A DNA stretch of 64,000 bases from Cirrosporium novae-zelandiae. Lineage: Eukaryota. The stretch is taken from NCBI GenBank assembly GCA_026023565.1, contig JAPETS010000001.1, positions 1,550,001-1,614,000 of the forward strand. The letters are read 5' to 3'. The notes under the pieces were generated by a model. That model ran no database searches and was not told where the DNA came from. It worked only from the letters and a program-made list of their open reading frames with translations. A program made the translations under genes and the position numbers. Below, piece after piece: positions 38,539 to 49,498 of the stretch. Positions within the stretch are counted from its first letter, which is position 1. Each line of letters begins with the position of its first letter.

Positions 38539-39536
38539 ATGCCCCCACGAATATCATTGACCTTATTCCAAAGGTCTCTAACCAGCCAATTAACAGGCCA
38601 ACGTCCAGTTCTCTCCTTTCTCATCCCATGTCTCGAACAGCAAACTCGATCAGCCTCGATTCTCGGAAGCATCTCCGATACCAAAGGGGCCTACCAAAAG
38701 CGAATTCGACTAGGAAGAGGACCATCGTCAGGAAAGGGTAAAACCTCGGGAAGAGGCCAGAAGGGTCAGAAAGCACGAAGCAAAGTTCCTGTTGGATTCA
38801 ATGGAGGACAGACGCCCGACGAGGTGGTCCACGGCACAAGGGGATTCGAAAACCGGTACGCGCCCACACACGTTTGTCGCATATCATAAAATCGCATTCC
38901 CACAAACCCCAATTTTCCTTTCCAATAACACCCCTACACACACACTGACATACCCACCCCTCCTCCAGCTTCTCAGCCGAACTCTCCCCGGTAAATCTCG
39001 ACCGAATCCATGACTGGATAACCCAAGGCCGCATTGACCCCACCAAACCCATCACCCTCAAAGAGCTCGTCAAATCCCGCTGCATTCACGGCGTAAAAAA
39101 AGACGGTGTCAAGCTTCTCGCCCGCGGCGCAAACCAACTCCAACTACCCCCGCTCCACATTGTCGTCTCCCGCGCCTCGGGGTCCGCAATCTCTGCCATC
39201 GAAACCGCCGGCGGCTCCGTCACCACCCGATACTACACGGGCCCCTCCATCAAACGTATCCTGAAGGGGGAGACGGATCCGATCTTCTCAAGGCTGTTTC
39301 CCGAGAAGCCGGGGCTTGGGATTCCTACACAGAAGTTCAGGTATCGGTTGCCAGACCCGGCGGGGAGAAAGGATATCGAGTACTATCGGGATCCAACGCA
39401 TAGAGGGTATTTGAGCCATACGGTTGAGGAGGGGAGAGGGCCGAGCTTGTTCTTTAAACCCCCGGTCGATGCGAGTGTAGTACAGGCGGCAGTTTCTAAG
39501 AAGAAGAAGATGGCTTCTGATAGTCGACTTTGGTAG
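38539..39536 (+). CDS. MRPL10: Mitochondrial 54S ribosomal protein uL15m (YmL10), 2 exons
   Basis: RLGRGPSSGKGKTSGRGQKGQKAR..VPVGFNGGQTP; DGVKLLARG; LPDPAGRKDIEYYRDP.HRGYL. Intron ~38856-38968. Confidence 0.93.
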
Positions 39537-40164
39537 GGGGAATGGGGACAGTCCTGGTTTTTTATTATATGGAGAAAGGAGAAGAAGAAGATGGGAAGGA
39601 CGGGAGATTCTTTCACCAACCTAACCAACCGCCTTTGACATGAAAACAAAATAATCGTATGAGAAAAAAGAGAAGACGACGTATGTATATGGCTATGTAC
39701 TTAGAAAAGAAAGGGTATTCAATTACCATATCTCATCAATCCAATCCGCCTGACTATCCCTCTAATCCCCCCCCCCCCTCCTTTTTTTTTTCTCTCTCTG
39801 CTGCTCCTTGTATTTAATATATCAATTGCCAGTACCCCAATTACCCAAGAACCAACCAATACCAGAAGCAAATCCTTTGTCCTCGGGATAGAAGGATGGC
39901 GAGATGAAGAGTATTGGTCATACAGGCCATCACTGATATGTACTATACTGTACTGTGCTAAGCAAAGCATGTTGAGTTGGATTACTTACGCCCCTTTACG
40001 GATTCCGTTGTTCTCCATGTACAGTAAGTACGGTACTTTGTTTATCCAAGACAGATAGTCATAAAAAAGCCCTTTCAAGCTCTCTCTGATTTGGCAAAAA
40101 ATACTCTAATATCCCGGAACTCTCAGTCGTGCTCTCTCTAATTCATCATTCCTCACACCTTTTT

Positions 40165-41406
40165 TTACTCCACCTTCTCCTCCTTTTCTCTCTTCTCTTT
40201 TATAATCGCCTCCAGAATCCTCCCGGCGCCCCCATCCCTCAAAACCTTCGCAACCTCCCTCCCCAACTCCCTCGCCTCCTCCAAACTACCAACCTTCCTC
40301 TTCGCTTCCCCCTCTACAGCTTCTTTCCCATCTAAACTCCCCACCCACCCTCGAAGAATCAATTCCTTCTTGACTCCCTCCTCCTGCTCCTCAACCCATT
40401 CCGTCTCCACCCCAATCGGAACGCTACATCCCCCTTCCAATTCGCGCATGAGCGCGCGTTCGGCTTCGCATTCCAGACGGGTGGGTAAATGGTCGAGTTT
40501 CGAAACCAGTTTTGAGATGCGCTCGTCTCCTTGTCGGATTTCTACGCCCAGGGCGCCTTGGCCTACGGCGTGGTATATACCTTCTTCCTCTTCTTCTCCG
40601 GTTGCGTTCTTCTTCTTTTTCTTTGCCAATAAATGGGTGATTCGGTCTCCCAGATCCAACCTCTCCAACCCGGCTGCCGCGAGCACGAGGCATGAATACC
40701 CTTCCTGCTTTTCATATCCCTCTTCATTTACCTCATCGCTCGCCTCCTTCTTCAAATCACTCCCATCCAACTTCCCCAACCTGGTCCCCACGTTCCCTCT
40801 CACGCTCCTAAATCTCAAATGCGGATAAAGCCGTGCCAGCTGCGCGATTCGACGTACGGAGGAGGTTCCGACGATAGAGTTGGGGGGGAGAGTAGAGAGG
40901 GATTTGTGGGTTGGGAGGAGGGTGGGGTGCATGGATAGAGCGTCGTAGGGGGAAGCGCGGGCGGGAACTGCGCCGAGGGTGCAACCAGGGGGGAGGGTTG
41001 TTGGAATGTCTATTTTTTGGGCGTGTGGTTAGTTTGGATCATGTGCCGCAACATGATATAACGTATTGCGATTAATTAATATGCACCTCGAAAGGGAAAA
41101 TCAAAAAAGCTCACCTTTCAAACTATGAACAATACAATCAATATCCCCCTCCACCAGCAACCCCTCCAGCTCTTGCGTCCACAGCGCCTTCGCCCCAAAG
41201 TTATGCAGCGCCATTTGCTGGTTCTTGTCGCCGGTTGTGCTCATGGCTTTGATTTCGTAGGTGTATTCTGGCGAGGATTTTTGGAGCAGAGAGACAATGA
41301 TTTCGGTTTGAACGATGGCGAGTTTAGATTTACGGCTGCCGATGCGGACGATCGGTTTTTGGGAGGGGGAGGGGGACGCCGCGGGTGGGGAGATTGTAGA
41401 AGACAT
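40165..41406 (-). CDS. HEM3: Porphobilinogen deaminase (hydroxymethylbilane synthase), 2 exons
   Basis: IGSRKSKLAIVQ; TTGDK; KALWTQELE; VHSLKD across intron 41010-41114; GTSSVRR; RGNVGTRL; HAVGQGALG; LEGGCSVPIG (cofactor Cys). Confidence 0.96.
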
Positions 41407-42039
41407 GGTTCTAATTGTAAAAGGGTAGTAGAGAAAGAGAGAGGAGTGGGGTGGGGGAAGATGAGTGGAATTGTAGTGGTAATTATTGTGAGCTGTGTTG
41501 AGTTGAATTCAATTGGGAATAGATTTCTTGGAGGGGTCAAAGGAACCGTTTGATAAGTGGAGGGGCTCGGAGAATCAACTTACGCCGACTAATCATATTC
41601 ATTAAAATCATTTTGATACTATTCCCTACACCACTGATACCCAGCCCTTCCTCTACATCTCCTCCAGAAAGAAATCTATCATAATCTTCCGGGTACAATC
41701 CATTTTCAAAATAATTACTTTCGTTGAAATTATTGACTAGAATCGGAACTCATCGTCTCTCTGGGTCAAAGCACCTCCATCCCACGCCATATCGCGAGCA
41801 AGCAACCAATTCTAGTTATCTGTACATGTCGCACAACGTGACGCAAAACAAAGGAAAAATGATGTCTATCAGGTCGTCAGAATATCAAGTACAGGATCCC
41901 CGAGTTTGAAACTTTTCCTCTCTTTGATTTCTGCTTTCTCTTTCTCCGAGATGAAAGGTTGCATACGGGGGGAATCGTAGACTAATTACAGATAGTATAT
42001 GTATGGCGGTATATGTATATAGTAAAAGAATGTTCTTCT

Positions 42040-43970
42040 TTACTCGCGAGCAACGTCACGGCCAAAGATCTTAGCCTTGGTCCAGTCAACCAGCACCAAG
42101 GCACGGTTTCGTACTATAAGTTAATTAGCAATGGTTCACGTCCGGCTTATAAAGGATGCATACCACTGAAGCACATGCTCAAGTAAGCACTCTTCCAGAA
42201 AAGATATGTCCAAGTACCTCCCCAGCTTGAGTTTCCTACGCCCCAGATCCAAGTGACATCTGCAACGGCCTTATCGGCTCCAATGTAGGCCAAACTTCCT
42301 TGATGGGAATATTCAAAAGGACCAATTCTGTTGGCTCTTGAGAGACTCCTTTGCAGGGTTTTGATCTCTTCCAGGATGGAGTCGCGATCAGGTCCTGTGG
42401 TGGCCTGTGATTGTTGTTCCGAAAGCTCAGCAAGACGGTTCTCAATGTCTTCGGCACGAGCCATTGAGTTGAAGAGCCGAGCTAGAAATGTACCTTCTTG
42501 GGAGGCAACTTGGGCAGTAGGTGCATAGTTGGCGATAGCACAATCGCCAACGGCCCAGATGTTTTCAGCACCCTTGACGACAAGATATTCGTTGACACTA
42601 AGTCCACGACGAGAGTCCTTCTGTGCCGGGATTTGGTTCATGAGATCTTTCACGACAGGACGGACAGCATTACCGGTCGCCCAGACAAGGAGACCATAAG
42701 GAATGATCTCGGTTTCCTTAGACCCATCGGGTTTAGTAATAACAGCTTCAATATACTTATCCGTAACCTTCTTAACCATGGTTTTCGTCCGGATCGTGAT
42801 ATGTTCCTCGGCAAAAGTAGATTCGGTATAGTCAATCAGCTGCTTGGAGAATGCGGGAAGGACCGAGGGAAGAGCTTCAACAAGGGTTATGTGGAAATTA
42901 TCACGAATGTCAGGAATCCATTTTTGTAAATCCTCGTTGAAGAAATCTTGGAGCTCTCCAGCAAACTCAACACCAGTTGGTCCACCACCCACGACCACCA
43001 TATGGAGAAGACGCTTAGCCTCTTCTTGGGTTTGGTCCTTGAATGTCGCGGTCTCAACACAGTCCATGATTTTCCTTCGAATCCGCTGCACGTCATCAAC
43101 TTCTTTTAAGAAGCAAGAATTTTCTCGCACGCCTGGGATACCTATACCGTATGTCAATGAGGGGTTTACTAGCTATTTGCATACGAAGTCATACCAAAGG
43201 TTGCATTCTCTGCTCCAACGCCAACTACCAACATATCAAATGGAACTTGAGTCATCGAGACGTCACCCTTGATCTCAGATTCGTCATTGATATATATAAT
43301 CTTCTTTTCATAGTCGATCTTTGTAGCTTCGGCCTCATAGTACTTCACCTTGCCCGTCTTCTTTCGCAGGATGTTTCGAATGGGTTCCATGATAGATCGA
43401 TGCTCAATGGTACCAGTGGTACATGACGGGAGGAGGGGTGTGAATAGGAAGTAGTTTCGAGGGGAGATGACGATGACATTGTAGTCCTCTGTATTCAGTT
43501 TCTTTAAGAGAGAAGTTGAACCCCATCCGGTGCCTAGTGCAGGTATTAGAATGAAATATAAATCTTTATCAAGAATAGAAGCGCATACCGAGAATGACCA
43601 AAGTTTTCTTGCTTGGATCAGGATCCAGCTGATGTACTGGATGCCTAGAGAGATATACCCCATAACCAGCGTACGCAATTCCTCCCAGCGCAGAAATATA
43701 TGTGAGTCGCCACATCCATCGCAGTGTCCTAAATCGCTTTTTTGGTTTTGGGGTGGGTTTCAGGGCAGCACTGTCAGCGTAAGACCGGCATAAAGATTGC
43801 TGAGGCTGAGCCCGGGGGAGGGCGGATGGTGCACGACGAATAGGTAATCCAGCGTTGGAACGAACTATGGATCTCGACGATGAGACGAAGAAACGTCGAG
43901 CGGAAATGGTAGAGGAAAATGTAGGTTGAGGTCTCAAGGAGGGTATCCTCGTGGTTGATCGCGCGGCCAT
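42040..43970 (-). CDS. NDE1: External alternative NADH:ubiquinone oxidoreductase (type II NADH dehydrogenase), 4 exons
   Basis: Mitochondrial presequence; ILGTGWG across an intron; SPRNYFLFTPLLPS; VVGGGPTGVEFAGEL; GDCA...PTAQVASQEG; YSHQGSLAYIG; C-terminus FGRDVARE*. Confidence 0.95.
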
Positions 43971-44112
43971 TTTTGAAAATGCGCAAAGGAAGTTATCCTT
44001 CTAAAAAATTATAGAATTAGACTGGAGTGGAGATTATTGAGCTGCGGAAGCCTTGGGGAAGGAAGAAGGAGGAAAAGAAGTTGACGTTGACTAAGGTATG
44101 AAAGTTTTTTCT

Positions 44113-44145
<33 letters not shown>
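44113..44145. repeat. Poly(G) tract, ~33 nt
   Basis: Directly visible homopolymer about 140 bp upstream of the NDE1 ATG. Confidence 0.9.
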
Positions 44146-44146
<1 letters not shown>

Positions 44147-45456
44147 GGTGTGGAGGAGGATAAGATGGGGAAGGCAAAAGAGCCAGAGCGATAGGATCAG
44201 ATCAGATATCTACTGCATACTATACTTGTTATTAACTATGGCTGAGTGTCTGACTGAGTGTCTGACTGGGTCAGAGGTAAGAGAATAATATTATTGTCAA
44301 ATAATTAATGAAGTAGAGTTTAAAAGGAAAGTGGAGTAGTTATTTCGTGGTGTAGTGGAGCTTGATATCCGCCTGAACGAAGGAATTGACCTGAAATTCA
44401 TATTCTTTTGATTCTTGGCCATGGAAGAAGAGCTCTTAGCTAGTTGTCCATCCTTTGTTGCGGCCATTGCGGATTTGCGGCTTTGCGGCCACTAATTCTT
44501 TACCCAGGGGAGCTCACTTTCCCGTTTTGGTTTCACGTCATTCACCTTTTTTGTAATTAAGACTTTTGACAGACCCAAAGGTAAGAAACTAGACATAGCA
44601 ACTCGGCAAGACCTTTAAAATAGAATCAGATTCATATATTGGCAAACAGATTTTGATTTTGATTTTTTTTAGATTTCAGACAGGCTTTTGAATTGGATTT
44701 GGTCTGGAAGGTGTATCAACCTTACCGAGAACCCAACTCAATCGGCGACATGGAATCTCTACGGACGACAGGATCCCTTCTCCTTTTTTATATCAAATAA
44801 CTAGACAAGAAAATATAAATAAAAAAACATAAAAATAAGAATAGATAATTGCCTGATCCGATAATAAATACGAAAATAATCCGGTAACTATCTCCATATT
44901 GTTACGGATGCCAAGCCACATACATGTGACCTTAGGTCACATGACCCACTGTATATAGATCCTCACCTTGCACCTTAGACCTAGCCTCCACAGTCATCGA
45001 ATGCCACACCAGTTATACACCTAGATTGAGCCTCATAGAGCCCCATATCCTAGGCGTCGTAACACATATCTAAGCTTAATCGAACCAGTTTGAAACAATG
45101 GTACCATGTACCATGTCCATGTCCATGTCCATAATATCCCCCTCATTATCGAGATCTCTGTTCCACTCTAATGGGTCGGTCATACACCGGATTGCCATCC
45201 AAAAGATGAAATCTTCCAACTAGATATACCTAGATATCCTCATAGGTAACCCGTAAATAACGAGAGGAGCTTCAGTTTTCTAGAAATTTAAAGACCACCT
45301 GAGTTATCGCTAAAGAATGCCCCTGGCAGAATATTTATGGCCTGTGTGTTAAACTTTATCTTCTTTTCCTGGGGTAAAACCCTCAGACCAGAGTCCACAT
45401 TTTCTCATACAAAAGCTCAGTTGTAGAATGTACTGTACTATTCCGTAATCCTTGTT

Positions 45457-46404
45457 TTAAATTTTTGCCTGTGCCATCTCAACCCTTACCAATCCATCTT
45501 GTATCGTACTCGCCACATGAACTCCCCCTTCACTCCAAAGCCTACTTTGATGAATCCCTCTTCCATCCCCCGATCTCTCTGTCCAGGCTTCCTGACAAAA
45601 CCACCCCTCGTTTCTACATAGTACTCCATCCTCTAGAACATGAAAGATAACTGTATGACTGAGACTTGCCATGGCTTGGAAATTATCGAGGCCAAGGGCA
45701 TGGCATATAATAAAGAGGGAGTTGCGATCACTTGCATAGAGATGGAGGCATGCCTGGAGGTTGATGTCATCCTCGGGCATGGAACCTCTTGCTCGGTAGT
45801 ATGATAATTGTCGATACTCTGCCGGGGACTTAATTTGTGAATTATACGCTTTCATATCGACTTTCCGGATATCTGCTCCGGGCATAGCATCCTGCATCCC
45901 ATCCTCAGTCGCTCGTTTATAATACCAATGTGTATCCACACCAGGGGCTAATGGGTGGTCTTCCGGTCTTTTATCTTTCAAAATACAATCATACTTTGGT
46001 GAGAAAGCCATGGGTACTGAATGGGTATATGCACTTCTCTCAGGCTTTTTGAACGAGCAAATACATGTGAAACAGACCCCGGCTTCAGGTTTCTGCTTTA
46101 CATCTACTGCACGTGTGCTATAAGATCCCCCATCACGAATCTTGCGTACGCCGAAGACGAAGGGGGTATCGATTACGCCAGGGAGGATGAACCAGCCAGT
46201 GACGTTGTGAACAACAAAAGTAGGCCGAATAGTTTGGGCAGCCGCGTATACAGCTTGGGCGTAGACATGACCTCCATATGCACGATTCGAAGCCCCAGGA
46301 TCAAAGGGACGAACCTTGGAACGGAAGGTCATATCAGAGAGTTGATCAAGTGACATCAAATCTTTGAAGGAGATCGAGGCTTCATCTAGGAGGGGGGCTG
46401 TCAT
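45457..46404 (-). CDS. TES1: Peroxisomal acyl-CoA thioesterase II (TesB/Tes1 family), intronless
   Basis: YGGHVYAQA; VRKIRDGGSYSTRAV; HLYASDRNSLF; MASLSHTVIFH; ASTIQDGLVR; C-terminal AKI (PTS1-like). Confidence 0.9.
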   Translation of the reverse strand: MTAPLLDEASISFKDLMSLDQLSDMTFRSKVRPFDPGASNRAYGGHVYAQAVYAAAQTIRPTFVVHNVTGWFILPGVIDTPFVFGVRKIRDGGSYSTRAVDVKQKPEAGVCFTCICSFKKPERSAYTHSVPMAFSPKYDCILKDKRPEDHPLAPGVDTHWYYKRATEDGMQDAMPGADIRKVDMKAYNSQIKSPAEYRQLSYYRARGSMPEDDINLQACLHLYASDRNSLFIICHALGLDNFQAMASLSHTVIFHVLEDGVLCRNEGWFCQEAWTERSGDGRGIHQSRLWSEGGVHVASTIQDGLVRVEMAQAKI

Positions 46405-46811
46405 CTTGTCTGATAACAAATTATTCAAGGCTGACCCATTTGGTGCAACAAAAGCACGTTGCCGCCCCGATCAGGAAAAGTAGAAGTCTGAGATAACTCA
46501 TAGGTAAGACTTGTAATGAGCTTAATTAATTGAATGATGGGTACCTAGGTTTTCCTATGGGATATGCGAGTGGGTAATGAGGAGCTTTTATGACTTGAGC
46601 TGGCTATTAGTTGATTCTTAAATCCTAGTAAAACCAAGGAAGGCACGATGGATTAACGGACAAGAGATGCAGACTTCTCCAAAAGTAGCGAAGGAAAGAG
46701 TAGCTATGTAACTTGAAATTTGTGGTGGATTTCTTGTTCATAGTTGTCAAATATTTGAATATATATATATTCTCTTAAATATTCAGGGTATAGCAACAAT
46801 GTTCAAAAATA

Positions 46812-46994
46812 CCTCGGTTCAACAAGCCTAGGAGCCGAGCAACAACTAATCATGAAGGTATTCTAGTTATTCCCTTGACCTCAGCGTTGGTCTATTTCCA
46901 TACTAATCTCTAAATCCCAATTGAAGACTCCCTAAAACCCATGTCTAATATTTCAAGTGAGGCCTGGAGCCTTAAGATATAAATTAGACCGAGG
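46812..46994. promoter_or_regulatory. Two FarA/FarB-type CCTCGG sites (46812-46817 CCTCGG; 46989-46994 CCGAGG) upstream of TES1
   Basis: Exact consensus matches 400-600 bp upstream of a peroxisomal fatty-acid gene. Confidence 0.5.
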
Positions 46995-47518
46995 GTATGG
47001 TTCTGTGCAAATCACGTCGCATACAAACACGGAAATTCTTCATGTCAGGCCAAGTCATACAAAATACGTTATGGACGAGAAACTAATTGGGGGGGTTGAT
47101 ACTGGGTACTCGATGCTATTTCCCCATAATTGATTCCTAATCGGTGCTCTTGGCCTTGCACGATATCCATATTTCCATGGTCTAATATTTTTAGACCACT
47201 AAAACAAACCGAAGCCTCCATTTGCTAAACCATTTTCCATCGTGAACCGTCCAGACCTTTATGGCCCACATTCCTGCGCCATGTTTATTATGCGAGTGCA
47301 AACAAACCCAAAGCCAAAAACGCCATACCTTGCGGAATGCTAGCCCATACTAACGTAAACACAGTCAAAGTACCCGAGTCGAATGTATATACAAAGCTGA
47401 TAATAGAAATCTTCCAGGCTATGCTTTCGAATAAGTTCTAGAAAAACGAGAGCACCACCGAAAATATGAAAAAAAAGTAGAAGGTTATAATCCCGCCTTG
47501 TGTGGGGGGTCTAGGGTA

Positions 47519-49498
47519 TCAAGTACGGAAATTTGGTTGCGGGAACGAATTCCATGCTTGTGGTTGTGAGTCGAAAGTAGAGGCCCAAGGGTCTTGATGT
47601 GTATAAGGGACAACACCAGTTCTTGCCTCTGCCATCGGCCTTCCCAGAGGTATGTAGTGCATCTGGTCATAATTGAGGTTTCGTGGTGTAGGTTGCAGTG
47701 ACGCCTGCGGCGGTGGTACCAGCAAAGTATTTACACCCCGAATAGGCCGATATGGGGAGCTGCGAGTAGAGAGGAAGTATGATGGCGAGTGCATATTCGA
47801 TTGTTGGGGCTGTGAAGGGAATATAGTCGCTGACGGTGAAGGCACCGAGCTAGTGGAGTAGGGTAAAGGTGATTGGTGTCGTGAAGCCTGAGGATATGAT
47901 GAGAGATTTGACTGAGTATTCATAGGCGTCGTGGCTGTCGAGAATGGCATTGTACCGACATCAACCATACGTGTGTTCCCGGGATAACTTGCCGGGATCG
48001 ACGGAATGGACCTTCCACAGAGCTGAGGTAGTTGAGTTGCACTCTGGTTGTGATTATGGTCCCTATAGTCACTCATAATTTGTTGATTAGGGAGTTGCAC
48101 CGTCGGCACTGGAAGGCGGAGATTGCTGGTCATCATGCCCGATTGAGAACATGCACTAAAATTTTGCGGTGCAGGAATTGCGGAATTGTTTAATGATATT
48201 GTTACCCTCTTTGCTGGTGGCTCGAGTGAATGATCCTCATAACTTCTTTTCCTCGGTGTTAGGAATGATTCGGTATCTGCTTGCCCTCCAACAGGCGATA
48301 CATTCGACGGCGGTAGATAGTGTGGAATACTCAAAGGATGGAGTGCAGTGGGATTAGAGTTCATCGGGAAATTCGGAGGCGAAGCATGGTTTGAGATAGG
48401 GGGAGATGGTAAAGCGGGAGGCAAGGACATCATCGATGTGGGCGGGGCAATTGGTTGGGGTCGAATGGGCTCCAATGGCACCCTACAAGCTTCATTGAAG
48501 TAGTTCCAGAATTTGGCTAACTTTTTATGCCACTCCTTCCACTCCGAGCCTGACGTATAAAGATTGTACCGCATATTACTCAAAAACTCTACTTCCATGA
48601 CATGAATTTCCTGGACGGAGATACCGGACACTTCAGCCCAAGTCTTGTTCGTGTAGGTATTATCGTCGAGGAATTTATTCCCTAGCATCAGTGCAACCGT
48701 CAACAATCTGTATTCGCTTCCAACTTTTCCCTTGACAGAGGGGTTTGATTGCTTAAGCCGGTATATGAAGAGTAATGCGAGGAGAGTAACGTTAGGCGAC
48801 ACCTGTGTGGTTGATAATGTTGTGGTTACCCATTTTGTAAACGGTAATGAAGGCAAAGCTTCCGGGACAAGGGGTGGCGCTGGTTCAGGTGTTTGAGAAG
48901 ATTCCTCAACCTGACGAAGGGCGAGAGTATCCTCGAACCAGAATAGGCATGTTATCTGCGCAGCGAATTCCGCCAAACTGCCCTTGCTATCATTGATCGA
49001 AGACGGTATTTGTAGATTGGGGGCTATCGCATTGGTGGAGCTGTTTATCTTGGGACGCTGTTCCTGGTGACTATGAACCACCAACTGTGAACGAGGGCTC
49101 GATGACCGAGGCGGATAGAACCGGTCAGCCGACGGATAAGTATTTCCCGGCATCGAGTGTAGTTGATTCATGTTGGTGGATGAAGTTGGCTTTGCTGGTG
49201 GTAGCTGGTACGCCGACCTGGCCCCATAGTTGGAAGGCATCACAGCCCCAGTATAAATACCAGCCATCTCTTTTGGTGGGGTTGGCGGCAGAACGTTCTT
49301 GAAGGGAGCTATGGAAAAATCGAGGTGGGGGAGGGTCGTGAACAAGGAATCGACGCTCGACGGTGGTTGCTTTTGAAGTTCACGACTTAAGGATTCACGT
49401 ATAGGCAATTGATAGTGGGGAGGAGGAGGTAGTGAATCCAAACCTGGAAGTGGACCAGAGAGTCGATTCATGGAGGAAAGATTGAGGGTATCAAGCAT
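47519..49498 (-). CDS. CLG1: Pho85-type cyclin-like protein, Clg1/Mug80-like, intronless
   Basis: SLAEFAAQITCLFWFE; STTQVSPNVTLLALLFIYRLK; YRLLTVALMLGNKFLDDNTYTNKTWAEVSGI; MEVEFLSNMRY; Pro/Ser-rich termini. Start set at the first in-frame ATG and uncertain. Confidence 0.88.
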   Translation of the reverse strand: MLDTLNLSSMNRLSGPLPGLDSLPPPPHYQLPIRESLSRELQKQPPSSVDSLFTTLPHLDFSIAPFKNVLPPTPPKEMAGIYTGAVMPSNYGARSAYQLPPAKPTSSTNMNQLHSMPGNTYPSADRFYPPRSSSPRSQLVVHSHQEQRPKINSSTNAIAPNLQIPSSINDSKGSLAEFAAQITCLFWFEDTLALRQVEESSQTPEPAPPLVPEALPSLPFTKWVTTTLSTTQVSPNVTLLALLFIYRLKQSNPSVKGKVGSEYRLLTVALMLGNKFLDDNTYTNKTWAEVSGISVQEIHVMEVEFLSNMRYNLYTSGSEWKEWHKKLAKFWNYFNEACRVPLEPIRPQPIAPPTSMMSLPPALPSPPISNHASPPNFPMNSNPTALHPLSIPHYLPPSNVSPVGGQADTESFLTPRKRSYEDHSLEPPAKRVTISLNNSAIPAPQNFSACSQSGMMTSNLRLPVPTVQLPNQQIMSDYRDHNHNQSATQLPQLCGRSIPSIPASYPGNTRMVDVGTMPFSTATTPMNTQSNLSSYPQASRHQSPLPYSTSSVPSPSATIFPSQPQQSNMHSPSYFLSTRSSPYRPIRGVNTLLVPPPQASLQPTPRNLNYDQMHYIPLGRPMAEARTGVVPYTHQDPWASTFDSQPQAWNSFPQPNFRT

